A stretch of 32,000 nt of DNA from Candidatus Pelagibacter ubique HTCC1062 (lineage in GTDB: Bacteria > Pseudomonadota > Alphaproteobacteria > Pelagibacterales > Pelagibacteraceae), in NCBI RefSeq assembly GCF_000012345.1, contig NC_007205.1:390001-422000 (forward strand), read 5' to 3'. Position 1 is the first letter of the stretch. Each line of letters begins with the position of its first letter. The translations under genes and the position numbers were made by a program. This document shows positions 8,799 through 17,381 of this stretch, piece after piece. The notes beneath the pieces are model-generated. The model saw nothing but the letters and a program-made list of their open reading frames with translations, made no database searches and was not told where the DNA came from.

Positions 8799-8836
8799 TA
8801 TTTTGCTTCTAACTGACCTTATTCCTACAAATTTTT

Positions 8837-10249
8837 ATGACAAGCAACAACACAACACAAAGTACAAAAGATGTTTCATCTGAAGCTTTAGATTGGGCTT
8901 TAATTCAAAAGGATATGAAAAATAAGCTAGGTAGCGATATATATGAAAGCTGGCTTAGAAAGATAGACTTCGTTGAAGAGATGAATAGCTATGTCTTACT
9001 TTCGGTTTCTACTAGATTTATTCGAGACTGGATTACTTCAAGATATTTAGACCAAATTTTGCAAATAGTAAAAACGTATAAGAAAGATTTAACAAGAATA
9101 GAGTTTAAGATTATTGAAAAAAACTCTGAAAATGAGATAGAAAATAATTTTACTAAAAATGAAAATAATGAAAACGTATCATTCATTAAAGATACATACT
9201 TACAATATAACAGAATAGACCCAAATAAAAGATTTGATAACTTTATAACAGGAACAAGTAATAAACTTGCCTATGAAGCATCCATGAAAGTTTCAGAAAA
9301 TATTTCTCATTATAATCCACTTTATATTTATGGAGGAGTTGGAATGGGAAAAACACATTTATTAAATTCAATTGGTCTTTCATTAAAAGAAAAAAACAAA
9401 GTTATGTTTATTTCTGCTGAGAGATTTATGTATCAGTTTGTAAAATCAATCAAATCTAATGATATGGTGAAGTTTAAAGAGTATTTTAGAAATACTGACA
9501 TATTATTGATAGACGATATTCAATTCATGAATGGTAAAGAAGCAATGCAAGAAGAGTTTTTTCATACGTTTAATGCACTATTAGATAAAGGCTCACAAGT
9601 TATAATCTCTGCCGATAGAGCACCGAACAAATTATCAAGAATCCAAGATAGAATTAAATCAAGATTTGCTGGAGGTCTTGTTGTAGATATACAAAAACCT
9701 GACTATGAACTTAGAAGTAAAATTGTTAAACAAAAAACAGAGGAACTAAACATTTTTTATTCAAATCAAGTAAATATTTCAGAAGAAATACAAAAGTTTA
9801 TAAGCACAGAAATAACCACAAGTATTAGAGAGTTAGTAGGAGCAATTAATAGAGTTGTTTCTTTTTCAAGAATTTACAACAAAGTTCCAAATTTATCAGA
9901 GGTTAAAGTAGTTTTAAAAGATCTATTAAATATTGGAGAAAATAAAGTAACAATAGATTTAATACAATCAACTGTATGTAAGTTCTTCAAAATTAGTAAA
10001 AGTGAGATGCTTTCTTCAAGAAGATCTAGATATCTTGTAAGACCAAGACAAACAGCAATATATTTAACAAAAATTTTGACATCCAAGTCATTACCTGAAA
10101 TTGGAAGAGAATTTTCTAATAGAGATCATACGACAATCATTCATTCAGTTAAAACCATTGAAAAATTGAAGGAAAAAGATCCAGAAATGACAAACAATAT
10201 TAATAATCTAAAAAATCAGATATTGTATAATAAAGAAAATGAAATTTAA
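8837..10249 (+). CDS. dnaA: Chromosomal replication initiator protein DnaA
   Basis: 470 aa. Contains the Walker A motif GGVGMGKTHLL, LLIDDIQF, box VII/sensor regions and the C-terminal DNA-binding motif RPRQTAIYLTK...SLPEIGREFSNRDHTTIIHS. Confidence 0.97.
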   Translation: MTSNNTTQSTKDVSSEALDWALIQKDMKNKLGSDIYESWLRKIDFVEEMNSYVLLSVSTRFIRDWITSRYLDQILQIVKTYKKDLTRIEFKIIEKNSENEIENNFTKNENNENVSFIKDTYLQYNRIDPNKRFDNFITGTSNKLAYEASMKVSENISHYNPLYIYGGVGMGKTHLLNSIGLSLKEKNKVMFISAERFMYQFVKSIKSNDMVKFKEYFRNTDILLIDDIQFMNGKEAMQEEFFHTFNALLDKGSQVIISADRAPNKLSRIQDRIKSRFAGGLVVDIQKPDYELRSKIVKQKTEELNIFYSNQVNISEEIQKFISTEITTSIRELVGAINRVVSFSRIYNKVPNLSEVKVVLKDLLNIGENKVTIDLIQSTVCKFFKISKSEMLSSRRSRYLVRPRQTAIYLTKILTSKSLPEIGREFSNRDHTTIIHSVKTIEKLKEKDPEMTNNINNLKNQILYNKENEI

Positions 10250-11351
10250 CGTTAATCAACAAGATCTGCAACAAGCACTTAATTATTGCCAAGGCGTAAT
10301 TGAAAAAAGAAGCACACTTCCTATTTTGTCAAACGTTTTATTAAATGCGAGTAATTCAAACCTAACAATTACAGCAACAGATTTAGATTTAATATTTATT
10401 CATCAAATTAACAATGTAGAAGTTATAGAAGAAGGAAACACAACTACTACGTCATCTATTATGTATGACATCATAAGAAAATTTTCGTCAGGAAAAAAAA
10501 TTAATTTATCTTTAACAGACGTTAGCAAACTCCAAGTTGAGTCTGAAAAATCTGTTTTTAATTTAAATTGTATTAGTGCATCTGAGTTTCCACTAACAGA
10601 TGAAAACTTTAATCAAAATGAATTTTCTATAAAATCAAAACAATTATTGAAATTATTAAATAAATGTAAATTTTCAGTTTCAAATGATGAAACAAGACAC
10701 TATTTAAGTGGAATTTTTTTTCATCAAACACAAACTGAAGATAAAAATTTTTTAACAGCAGCAGCTACAGACAGTCATAGAATGTCTATTTCAAAAATAA
10801 GATTAGACCAGCAAGTAGATTTTGAACCAATAATACTTCCTAAAAAAACAATTTTTCAACTATGCTCATTGTTAGAAAGTTATGATGGCGATGTTAAAAT
10901 TTCAAATATTAAATCTAAAATAAAATTTGAATTAAATAATAGTATATTAATATCTAAGTTAATTGATGGGAAATTTCCAAATTATATTCAGGTAATACCT
11001 AAGAATAATCAAAAGAAGTTAGAAATAGATTTAAAATTATTTTTAGACTCTGTTGATCGAGTTGCTTCAGTTTCATTAGATAAAAAAGATGGAGTTAAAT
11101 TTAATTTGTCAAAAGATGTTTTAAACTTATCAGTTAACAACACAAATAGTGGTGATGGAAAAGAAAGTTTAACTGTAAAGTTTGATCATGATCTAGAAAT
11201 AAGTTTTAATTCTAGATATTTAATTGATGTAGCATCACAACTTGATGGAGATAAGATTGAAATTTTTTTCAATGATACTGGGTCTCCGGCATTAATTAAA
11301 GATCCAGGCGATTTTGACAGTATATTTGTTGTAATGCCTATGAAAGGCTAG
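10239..11351 (+). CDS. dnaN: DNA polymerase III beta sliding clamp
   Basis: 370 aa. Contains ...VIEKRSTLPILSNVLL..., TATDSHRM, LIDGKFPNY and a C-terminal ...VVMPMKG. The start overlaps the dnaA 3' end by 11 nt. Confidence 0.95.
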   Translation: MKFNVNQQDLQQALNYCQGVIEKRSTLPILSNVLLNASNSNLTITATDLDLIFIHQINNVEVIEEGNTTTTSSIMYDIIRKFSSGKKINLSLTDVSKLQVESEKSVFNLNCISASEFPLTDENFNQNEFSIKSKQLLKLLNKCKFSVSNDETRHYLSGIFFHQTQTEDKNFLTAAATDSHRMSISKIRLDQQVDFEPIILPKKTIFQLCSLLESYDGDVKISNIKSKIKFELNNSILISKLIDGKFPNYIQVIPKNNQKKLEIDLKLFLDSVDRVASVSLDKKDGVKFNLSKDVLNLSVNNTNSGDGKESLTVKFDHDLEISFNSRYLIDVASQLDGDKIEIFFNDTGSPALIKDPGDFDSIFVVMPMKG

Positions 11352-12058
11352 CTTAAAGTATCAAGTTCAGTATAAATAGTTTTTTCCAATTCTTTCGTAA
11401 AAATTTCCTTGCTTAGTCCAGGTTCAATAGGTTTTAAAATTGAAACAGTTAGAGTGGTATTAATTTTTTTCCAACCATGTTTTGGCCAGGTATTACCAGA
11501 ATTGATTGCGATGGGTTGGCATGGAATATTTAATTCTTCATAAATTCTACCAGATCCTTTTTTAAAAGGAGTTCTATCTTCTGCAGAAAGTCTTGTTCCT
11601 TGTGGAAAAATTATTAAAGGTCTTTCAGATAATTTCACTTGTTTAGAAATATCATCGAAAAAACCTAAGTTTTCTTTAGAAATTTTATTTCTTTTAATTG
11701 AAATTGACCCTATTTTTTTTAAATACCAGCCAAATATAGGAATCATTAGCAATTCTTTTTTTAAAATAAAAACAGGAGAATTAAAGATAGTTTGTAAAAA
11801 AAAAGTTTCAAACATTGACTGGTGTGAAGCAGCTATAAAGAATTTTTTTCCTCTAATTATGTTTTCCCTACCTTTAATGATTATCTTTGTTGATAAAAAT
11901 ATTTTTAAACATAAAGAAGTCCAAAAGCCCATAATTTTTCCACCAAATAAAACTATTTTTTTTGGTAGTAAAATTGCTGGCAAGAAAATTATGGAAATTA
12001 AAACTATTCCTAAGAAAAAAAATAATGAAAATAAAAAATTTCTTATCATATTAATCAA
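11348..12058 (-). CDS. plsC: 1-acyl-sn-glycerol-3-phosphate acyltransferase
   Basis: 236 aa with an N-terminal TM segment, the acyltransferase block SHQSMFETF (H-x4-[D/E] variant) and IFPQGTR. Confidence 0.8.
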   Translation of the reverse strand: MINMIRNFLFSLFFFLGIVLISIIFLPAILLPKKIVLFGGKIMGFWTSLCLKIFLSTKIIIKGRENIIRGKKFFIAASHQSMFETFFLQTIFNSPVFILKKELLMIPIFGWYLKKIGSISIKRNKISKENLGFFDDISKQVKLSERPLIIFPQGTRLSAEDRTPFKKGSGRIYEELNIPCQPIAINSGNTWPKHGWKKINTTLTVSILKPIEPGLSKEIFTKELEKTIYTELDTLS

Positions 12059-12061
12059 AAA

Positions 12062-13276
12062 CTAAATCAAATCTTTTAGTTTTTGTCTTTTTTTAATAAT
12101 ATTAATCTTTGATCCTTTAATTATTAATTCTGCTGGTTTTGGTCTTACATTGTAATTTGAGCTTAGTGACATTCCATAAGCTCCAACATCACACATTAGC
12201 ACAAGATCTTTTTCTTTTAATTTCTGAAAACCTTTTATAGTTGTAAATTTGTCTGTACTTTCACAAATTGGTCCTACAAATTCATAAGTTTTGTTTGAAA
12301 TTCTATTATTTTTTACTACAGGTATAGTTTGATGATTTGCACCATATAATGCTGGTCTCATAAGATCATTCATTGCAGCATCTAATATGATGAAATCTTT
12401 TTTGGTATTTTCTTTTATATAAATAACTTGAGAAATTAAAAATCCAATATTACCAACTATAGATCGACCAGGTTCAAATATTATTTTTGTTTTTTGGCCC
12501 TTTAGAAATTTTTGTATAGCAGTGTTATATTTTTGATAGTTAAGTTTTTTGCTATTTTTCTCATAAGAAATACCCATGCCTCCACCTAGATCAATAAATT
12601 CAAAGATATGGCCACTTTTTTTTATTATTTTATTCACTACACTGAGCATTTTTTCATATGGTTTGTGATCTAAAATTTGACTACCAATATGAACACTTAA
12701 GCATTTAAGGTTAATATTTTTAGAATGATTTGTAAAATTTACTAATTCAAAAAAAGTTTTTTCATCTACACCAAATTTATTTTCTTTTTTTCCAGTTGAA
12801 ATTTGTTTTAATGTCTTAGCATCTGTATTTGGATTAAGTCTAATACCTATATTAACTATTTTTTTTTTTGATTTTGCAATTTTTTCAATTTCAATAATTT
12901 CACTTTTAGACTCAGCATTTATTAATAAAATTTTTTTATCAATTGCATAACTTATTTCTTTTGAAGTTTTACCCACGCCCGAAAAAACAATTTTTTTTGG
13001 GTCTATACCTGCTTTTAGAGCCATCATTAACTCACCCATTGAAACAACATCAGCACCTAGCCCTAATTTTCTAATTTCTCTTATCAGATTTACATTAGTA
13101 TTGGATTTGACAGCAAAACAAATCAATGGAGAAAAGGAGCTAAAATTTTTTTTAAAATTTTTTATATTTTCTGTTAGCCGTTTGTGCGAATAACAATAAG
13201 TTGGTGTACCAAACTTTTTTGCTATTTTTTGAACATTAACTTTTTCAATTGTTAAGTTTTTCTTTATATATTTCAT
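12062..13276 (-). CDS. lysA: Diaminopimelate decarboxylase
   Basis: PLP-dependent fold III decarboxylase motifs: FAVKSN (PLP Lys), DLGGGMGI, EPGRS, CESTD and GAYG. The track ORF begins at a TTG at 13279. The ATG at 13276-13274 is the more likely start and shares its A with the stop of the upstream micro-lipoprotein (TGATG). Confidence 0.95.
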   Translation of the reverse strand: MKYIKKNLTIEKVNVQKIAKKFGTPTYCYSHKRLTENIKNFKKNFSSFSPLICFAVKSNTNVNLIREIRKLGLGADVVSMGELMMALKAGIDPKKIVFSGVGKTSKEISYAIDKKILLINAESKSEIIEIEKIAKSKKKIVNIGIRLNPNTDAKTLKQISTGKKENKFGVDEKTFFELVNFTNHSKNINLKCLSVHIGSQILDHKPYEKMLSVVNKIIKKSGHIFEFIDLGGGMGISYEKNSKKLNYQKYNTAIQKFLKGQKTKIIFEPGRSIVGNIGFLISQVIYIKENTKKDFIILDAAMNDLMRPALYGANHQTIPVVKNNRISNKTYEFVGPICESTDKFTTIKGFQKLKEKDLVLMCDVGAYGMSLSSNYNVRPKPAELIIKGSKINIIKKRQKLKDLI

Positions 13277-13392
13277 CAATCTACTGACTTTGGAAAAACC
13301 ATTTCATTCCCCTCATATTGAGGATCTCCTTTTTTTCCACATGAAAACAAGAAAGAACAAATTATAAAAATTAAAATTAGTTTTTTTATCAT
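13276..13392 (-). CDS. 38-aa small lipoprotein (YifL/LptM-like), absent from the ORF track
   Basis: My reverse-complement translation is MIKKLILIFIICSFLFSCGKKGDPQYEGNEMVFPKSVD*. It has a hydrophobic signal plus a lipobox (LFS|C) followed by GKKG. The ATG lies 1 nt after the argH stop, and the stop overlaps the lysA ATG by 1 nt. A tiny lipoprotein between argH and lysA is a recurring proteobacterial arrangement. Confidence 0.6.
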   Translation of the reverse strand: MIKKLILIFIICSFLFSCGKKGDPQYEGNEMVFPKSVD

Positions 13393-13393
13393 T

Positions 13394-14782
13394 TTACGTC
13401 TTTTTATATTTCATTATCATTTTTTTGATATTATCAAAAGACGTTCCACCATAAGATTTTTTAGAGTTAACAGAGTTTTTCACATTAAATATCTTTAAAA
13501 CTTCAATTGTGAGCCTTGGTTCAATTTTCTTTAGTTCGTCAATATTTAATTCATTCAATTTTTTCTTTTTTTTCTCTGCATAATTCACAATAGAAGCTGT
13601 AGTTTGATACGCTTTTCTAAATGGCATTGAATGATTTTTAACAAGATAGTCAGCTAAGTCAGTAGCTGTAATATAGCCTGAGTTAGCAAGGTCTAACATT
13701 TGTTGTTTATTAGGTTTTAGATTTTTTAAAACCTCATTAAGAATAGCAATACTGTTATTAAGAATTTCATTAGATTTGAAGAGTATTTCTTTATCATCTT
13801 GAAGATCTTTAAAATAAGATATGGGAAGCCCTTTAAGAATTGTCAACATTGAAAACAAATTTCCATAAACCGTTCCAGTTTTCCCTCTTAAGTATTCCAA
13901 CAAATCAGGATTTTTTTTTTGAGGCATTATTGAAGAACCAGTTACCACTTTGTCTGAAAGTGTGATTAAATTGAATCCATCAGAGTTCCAAATAATTAGT
14001 TCTTCAGCTATTCTTGAAATATGCATTGAACAAACAGAAGCGCTATATAAAAAATCTAGAACAAAATCTCTATCTGCAACAGTATCAATTGAATTATTTG
14101 TTGGTCTTTTAAAGCCTAGTTTTTTTGAAGTAAAATTTCTGTCAATATTAAAAGAAGTACCTGTTAAAGCAGCAACACCCAAAGGATTTTCTGATAAACT
14201 TTCTAAATTATAGGTAAATCTTTTTTTGTCCCTATTAAACATTTCTACATAAGACATTAAATAATGCGCAAAAGATACAGCTTGTGCATTTTTTAAATGA
14301 GTAAACCCAGGCATTATGGTTTCAATATTTTTTTCTGAAATTTTGAGAATGGTTTTAATAATATTGTCTAAATTCTTATTAATTTCTTTAGTTGCTGAAG
14401 TCGTCCACATTTTAAAATCAGTAATTACCTGATCATTTCTAGATCTAGCCGTGTGAACATATCCAGCCTCTTCTCCTATAATTTGAAATAATCTTTTTTC
14501 AATATTCATATGAATATCTTCATATTTTTTATTATATTCAAATTTATTTTTTAAAATTTCTTTCTCAATTTTATTAAGTCCAAAAATTATCTTATTCTTA
14601 ATTTTAAAAGAAATAATTTTTTGTCTAAATAACATCTCAACATGTGCGATTGATCCTAAAATATCTTCTTGAAAAAGCTTTTTATCAATATCTATTGAAT
14701 TACCAACTTTTTGGAACAAAGTTGAAGCATCTTTCTTTATTCTTGATCCCCATATTGCCATATTGTTTTTATTTTTTACCAT
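13394..14782 (-). CDS. argH: Argininosuccinate lyase
   Basis: 462 aa. Contains WGSR, TARSRNDQV, the fumarate-lyase signature GSSIMPQKKNPD and PGFTHLKNAQ. An alternative start at MAIWGSR (ATG at 14761) is possible. Confidence 0.95.
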   Translation of the reverse strand: MVKNKNNMAIWGSRIKKDASTLFQKVGNSIDIDKKLFQEDILGSIAHVEMLFRQKIISFKIKNKIIFGLNKIEKEILKNKFEYNKKYEDIHMNIEKRLFQIIGEEAGYVHTARSRNDQVITDFKMWTTSATKEINKNLDNIIKTILKISEKNIETIMPGFTHLKNAQAVSFAHYLMSYVEMFNRDKKRFTYNLESLSENPLGVAALTGTSFNIDRNFTSKKLGFKRPTNNSIDTVADRDFVLDFLYSASVCSMHISRIAEELIIWNSDGFNLITLSDKVVTGSSIMPQKKNPDLLEYLRGKTGTVYGNLFSMLTILKGLPISYFKDLQDDKEILFKSNEILNNSIAILNEVLKNLKPNKQQMLDLANSGYITATDLADYLVKNHSMPFRKAYQTTASIVNYAEKKKKKLNELNIDELKKIEPRLTIEVLKIFNVKNSVNSKKSYGGTSFDNIKKMIMKYKKT

Positions 14783-14806
14783 GATAATTAATTATACATA
14801 TTTAGC

Positions 14807-15322
14807 ATGAAATTATTATTAATATTTATCTACCTAATAACTAGCAACATTAGTTATGCACTAGAAAAACCTAATATAAAAAATTTAGTTTTATCAAAAA
14901 ATACAAAAATATATGAGGGAGTAGTTTTTAAAGACTCAAATAATTATGATGTAAATTTAGATGATTTTAAAGGAAAATTGTTAATATTGAATTTTTGGGC
15001 TACTTGGTGTGCTCCTTGCAGAGAGGAGATGCCATCTCTAGATGACTTACAGTCAAATAGTAATTTTGATAACTTAAAAATTTTTCCTATTAATATTGGC
15101 CAGGAAAATTTCTCTAAATCAGATTCTTTTTTTAGAGAACTAAATATTCAAAATCTAGAGATATATTTTGATGCGCCAATTACTTTGGCTAAAAAATTTT
15201 CTTTAAGGGGAGTTCCTACAACTATTTTATTTAATAAAAAAGGTGAAGAGTTTGGGCGTATTATGGGATCTATTGATTTTAATAATTTGGATTTTATTAA
15301 TTGGCTAAAACAATACGATTAA
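14807..15322 (+). CDS. Periplasmic thioredoxin-fold thiol:disulfide oxidoreductase (TlpA/ResA-like)
   Basis: 171 aa with a signal/anchor segment. Contains the LILNFWATWCAPCREEMP active site (WCxxC) and a RGVPTT cis-Pro loop. Confidence 0.75.
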   Translation: MKLLLIFIYLITSNISYALEKPNIKNLVLSKNTKIYEGVVFKDSNNYDVNLDDFKGKLLILNFWATWCAPCREEMPSLDDLQSNSNFDNLKIFPINIGQENFSKSDSFFRELNIQNLEIYFDAPITLAKKFSLRGVPTTILFNKKGEEFGRIMGSIDFNNLDFINWLKQYD

Positions 15323-15522
15323 TCTTTAAAGAAATAAGCAAAACTAACCAATGCTACTATAGCAATGAATTGCAGCAACACTCTTAGCTGCATCAGTTTA
15401 TTCGAATATTTTTTGCTAGTTTCGCCACCTTTGAACAAAGTTCCAATTCCTAAGATCAAGACGACTGCTACAACTATTAAAAGCACAATACCTAAAATTT
15501 TAACTAATGTTCCTGTTATCAT
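15319..15522 (-). CDS. Twin-transmembrane-helix small protein (HIG1 domain family)
   Basis: 67 aa with two predicted TM helices separated by GGETSKKYSNKLMQLRVLLQ, which resembles the (Q/R)RxRxxxQ connector of HIG1/Rcf-type proteins. Confidence 0.65.
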   Translation of the reverse strand: MITGTLVKILGIVLLIVVAVVLILGIGTLFKGGETSKKYSNKLMQLRVLLQFIAIVALVSFAYFFKD

Positions 15523-15572
15523 GAAACTATTGTAGAATAATTTTTAATAAAAAAAACATAATAAAAACATCT

Positions 15573-16229
15573 ATGACACTTTGTCTATCAACTACAATTA
15601 TTAAGCCAGAAAAAGATATGCCAATTAAAAATGCTATTATTTTACTGCACGGTTATGGGGGTGATGGGAAAGACATAAGTATGTTGACCTTAAATTGGAA
15701 AAGATTTTTGCCTAATACTATTTTTTTATGTCCAGATGGTCATGAAGAATGTAAAATTAACCCAGCAGGTTTTCAATGGTTTGATTTAACTAAAGATGAT
15801 CCAAGTTATATTCTAGAAGAATCTAAAAAAGCAGAAAATAAACTCCAAAAATATATTGAAGAAGTTAAAACTGAATATAATCTTAATAATTCTCAAATTT
15901 GCTTATCAGGATTTAGTCAAGGATGCATGATGTCTATTAATTTAGGTTTAACTAGCAATCAAAATTATAATTGTATTGTTGGTTTTTCTGGTAAGATAAT
16001 TAATCAAGATGATCTTAGTATGAGAAAATCTTCTTCTACTAAAATGCTATTGATACATGGTGATCAAGACGCAGTTGTGTCACCAACATTTTTATTAGAG
16101 GCAAAAGATTTCCTAATTAGAAATAATATTGAAATTGAAACCAAAATGATAAAGAATTGTGAACATCATATTCCTATTGAGGCATCAAGCGCGGCTTTAA
16201 ATTATATTAAAAATAACTTTCAAATATAA
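15573..16229 (+). CDS. Phospholipase/carboxylesterase-family alpha/beta hydrolase
   Basis: 218 aa. Contains ILLHGYGGDG, the nucleophile elbow GFSQG, and the acid and His regions LLIHGDQDAVV and CEHHI. Confidence 0.75.
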   Translation: MTLCLSTTIIKPEKDMPIKNAIILLHGYGGDGKDISMLTLNWKRFLPNTIFLCPDGHEECKINPAGFQWFDLTKDDPSYILEESKKAENKLQKYIEEVKTEYNLNNSQICLSGFSQGCMMSINLGLTSNQNYNCIVGFSGKIINQDDLSMRKSSSTKMLLIHGDQDAVVSPTFLLEAKDFLIRNNIEIETKMIKNCEHHIPIEASSAALNYIKNNFQI

Positions 16230-16280
16230 TTAAATTCTATTTATTGATAAATTATTTTTTTTCAGTTAGAGTTTTTTATA

Positions 16281-16847
16281 ATGATTTTTAACGATCAGAA
16301 TTTGTCTTTAGAAAAATGTCCTGCGCTAGTGTTAAATGCAGATTATAGGCCTTTAAGTTATTATCCATTGTCTTTATGGAGCTGGCAAGATTCTATAAAA
16401 TCTGTTTTTTTGGATAGAGTTGTTATAGTTAGTAATTATGACAGAGTTATTAGGAGCCCATCGTTTAATATGAGATTACCAAGTGTTATTGCATTAAAAA
16501 GTTTTATAAAACCACAGTCTAATCCTAGCTTCACAAGATTTAATGTTTTTTTAAGAGATAAATTTTCATGTCAATACTGTGGAAGTGGTGAAGATCTTAC
16601 TTTTGATCATTTACTTCCAAGATCTAAAGGTGGACAAACCAACTGGGATAATGTTGTAACTGCTTGTTCTTCATGCAATGTAAAAAAAGGTGGAAGGTTA
16701 TTAAAAAATTTGGATATGAGCTTAAATCAAAAGCCATATCAGCCATCTACAGAAGACCTACATAAAAATGGTAAAAATTTCCCACCAAATTTCCTACACA
16801 AGAGCTGGATGGATTATTTGTATTGGGATGTTGAGTTAGAAGCTTAA
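16281..16847 (+). CDS. Stand-alone HNH endonuclease-family protein
   Basis: 188 aa. CQYCG...LTFDHLLPRSKGGQTNWDNVVTACSSCNVKKG is a complete HNH/zinc-ribbon motif. Confidence 0.8.
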   Translation: MIFNDQNLSLEKCPALVLNADYRPLSYYPLSLWSWQDSIKSVFLDRVVIVSNYDRVIRSPSFNMRLPSVIALKSFIKPQSNPSFTRFNVFLRDKFSCQYCGSGEDLTFDHLLPRSKGGQTNWDNVVTACSSCNVKKGGRLLKNLDMSLNQKPYQPSTEDLHKNGKNFPPNFLHKSWMDYLYWDVELEA

Positions 16848-17381
16848 TTAAATTTTCTCAGAAATATTAATAGCAATTTTTGATCCAGTTTTAATTAATT
16901 TATCCAGAATAGAATACATTCCTTTTTTAGTTGCACCCTCTTTATAGGCTATATCTTTATGATGCAGCTCATCTTCTCTAAATTTAATTATTTTTTCTTT
17001 TAATTTTTTCTCATCGTTTTCTAACTCATTAATTTGATTTAGATAATGTTCGTCAATTACTTCTTCCACTGAGGCAGTGCATAGCATAGCAGCTTTTTTC
17101 CCCAGCATTGTTGAGCCAAAACCAAGTCCTACACCAAGCAAATCCCATAAAGGTAAAAACTTTGTAGGTTTTATATTTCTTTTTTTAATTTCATTTTCAA
17201 AATATTCACAGTGTTCTTTTTCGTGAATTTTCATTTCTTCAATTTTCTTTTTAAGGTTTTCATCTTTAACAAATGTATTTAGAGCTAGTAATTGGCCTTC
17301 ATAAATCTTTATTGCACCTCGTTCACCTGCGTGATCAACTCGAATAAATTCTTTTACTTTTTCTTTATTTGTTTTTTTCAT
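16848..17381 (-). CDS. coq7: Demethoxyubiquinone hydroxylase (COQ7-family diiron protein)
   Basis: 177 aa. Contains RVDHAGERGAIKIYEGQ, EKEHCEYF and EDELHHKD, which are the E-x-x-H diiron motifs in COQ7 order. Confidence 0.85.
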   Translation of the reverse strand: MKKTNKEKVKEFIRVDHAGERGAIKIYEGQLLALNTFVKDENLKKKIEEMKIHEKEHCEYFENEIKKRNIKPTKFLPLWDLLGVGLGFGSTMLGKKAAMLCTASVEEVIDEHYLNQINELENDEKKLKEKIIKFREDELHHKDIAYKEGATKKGMYSILDKLIKTGSKIAINISEKI

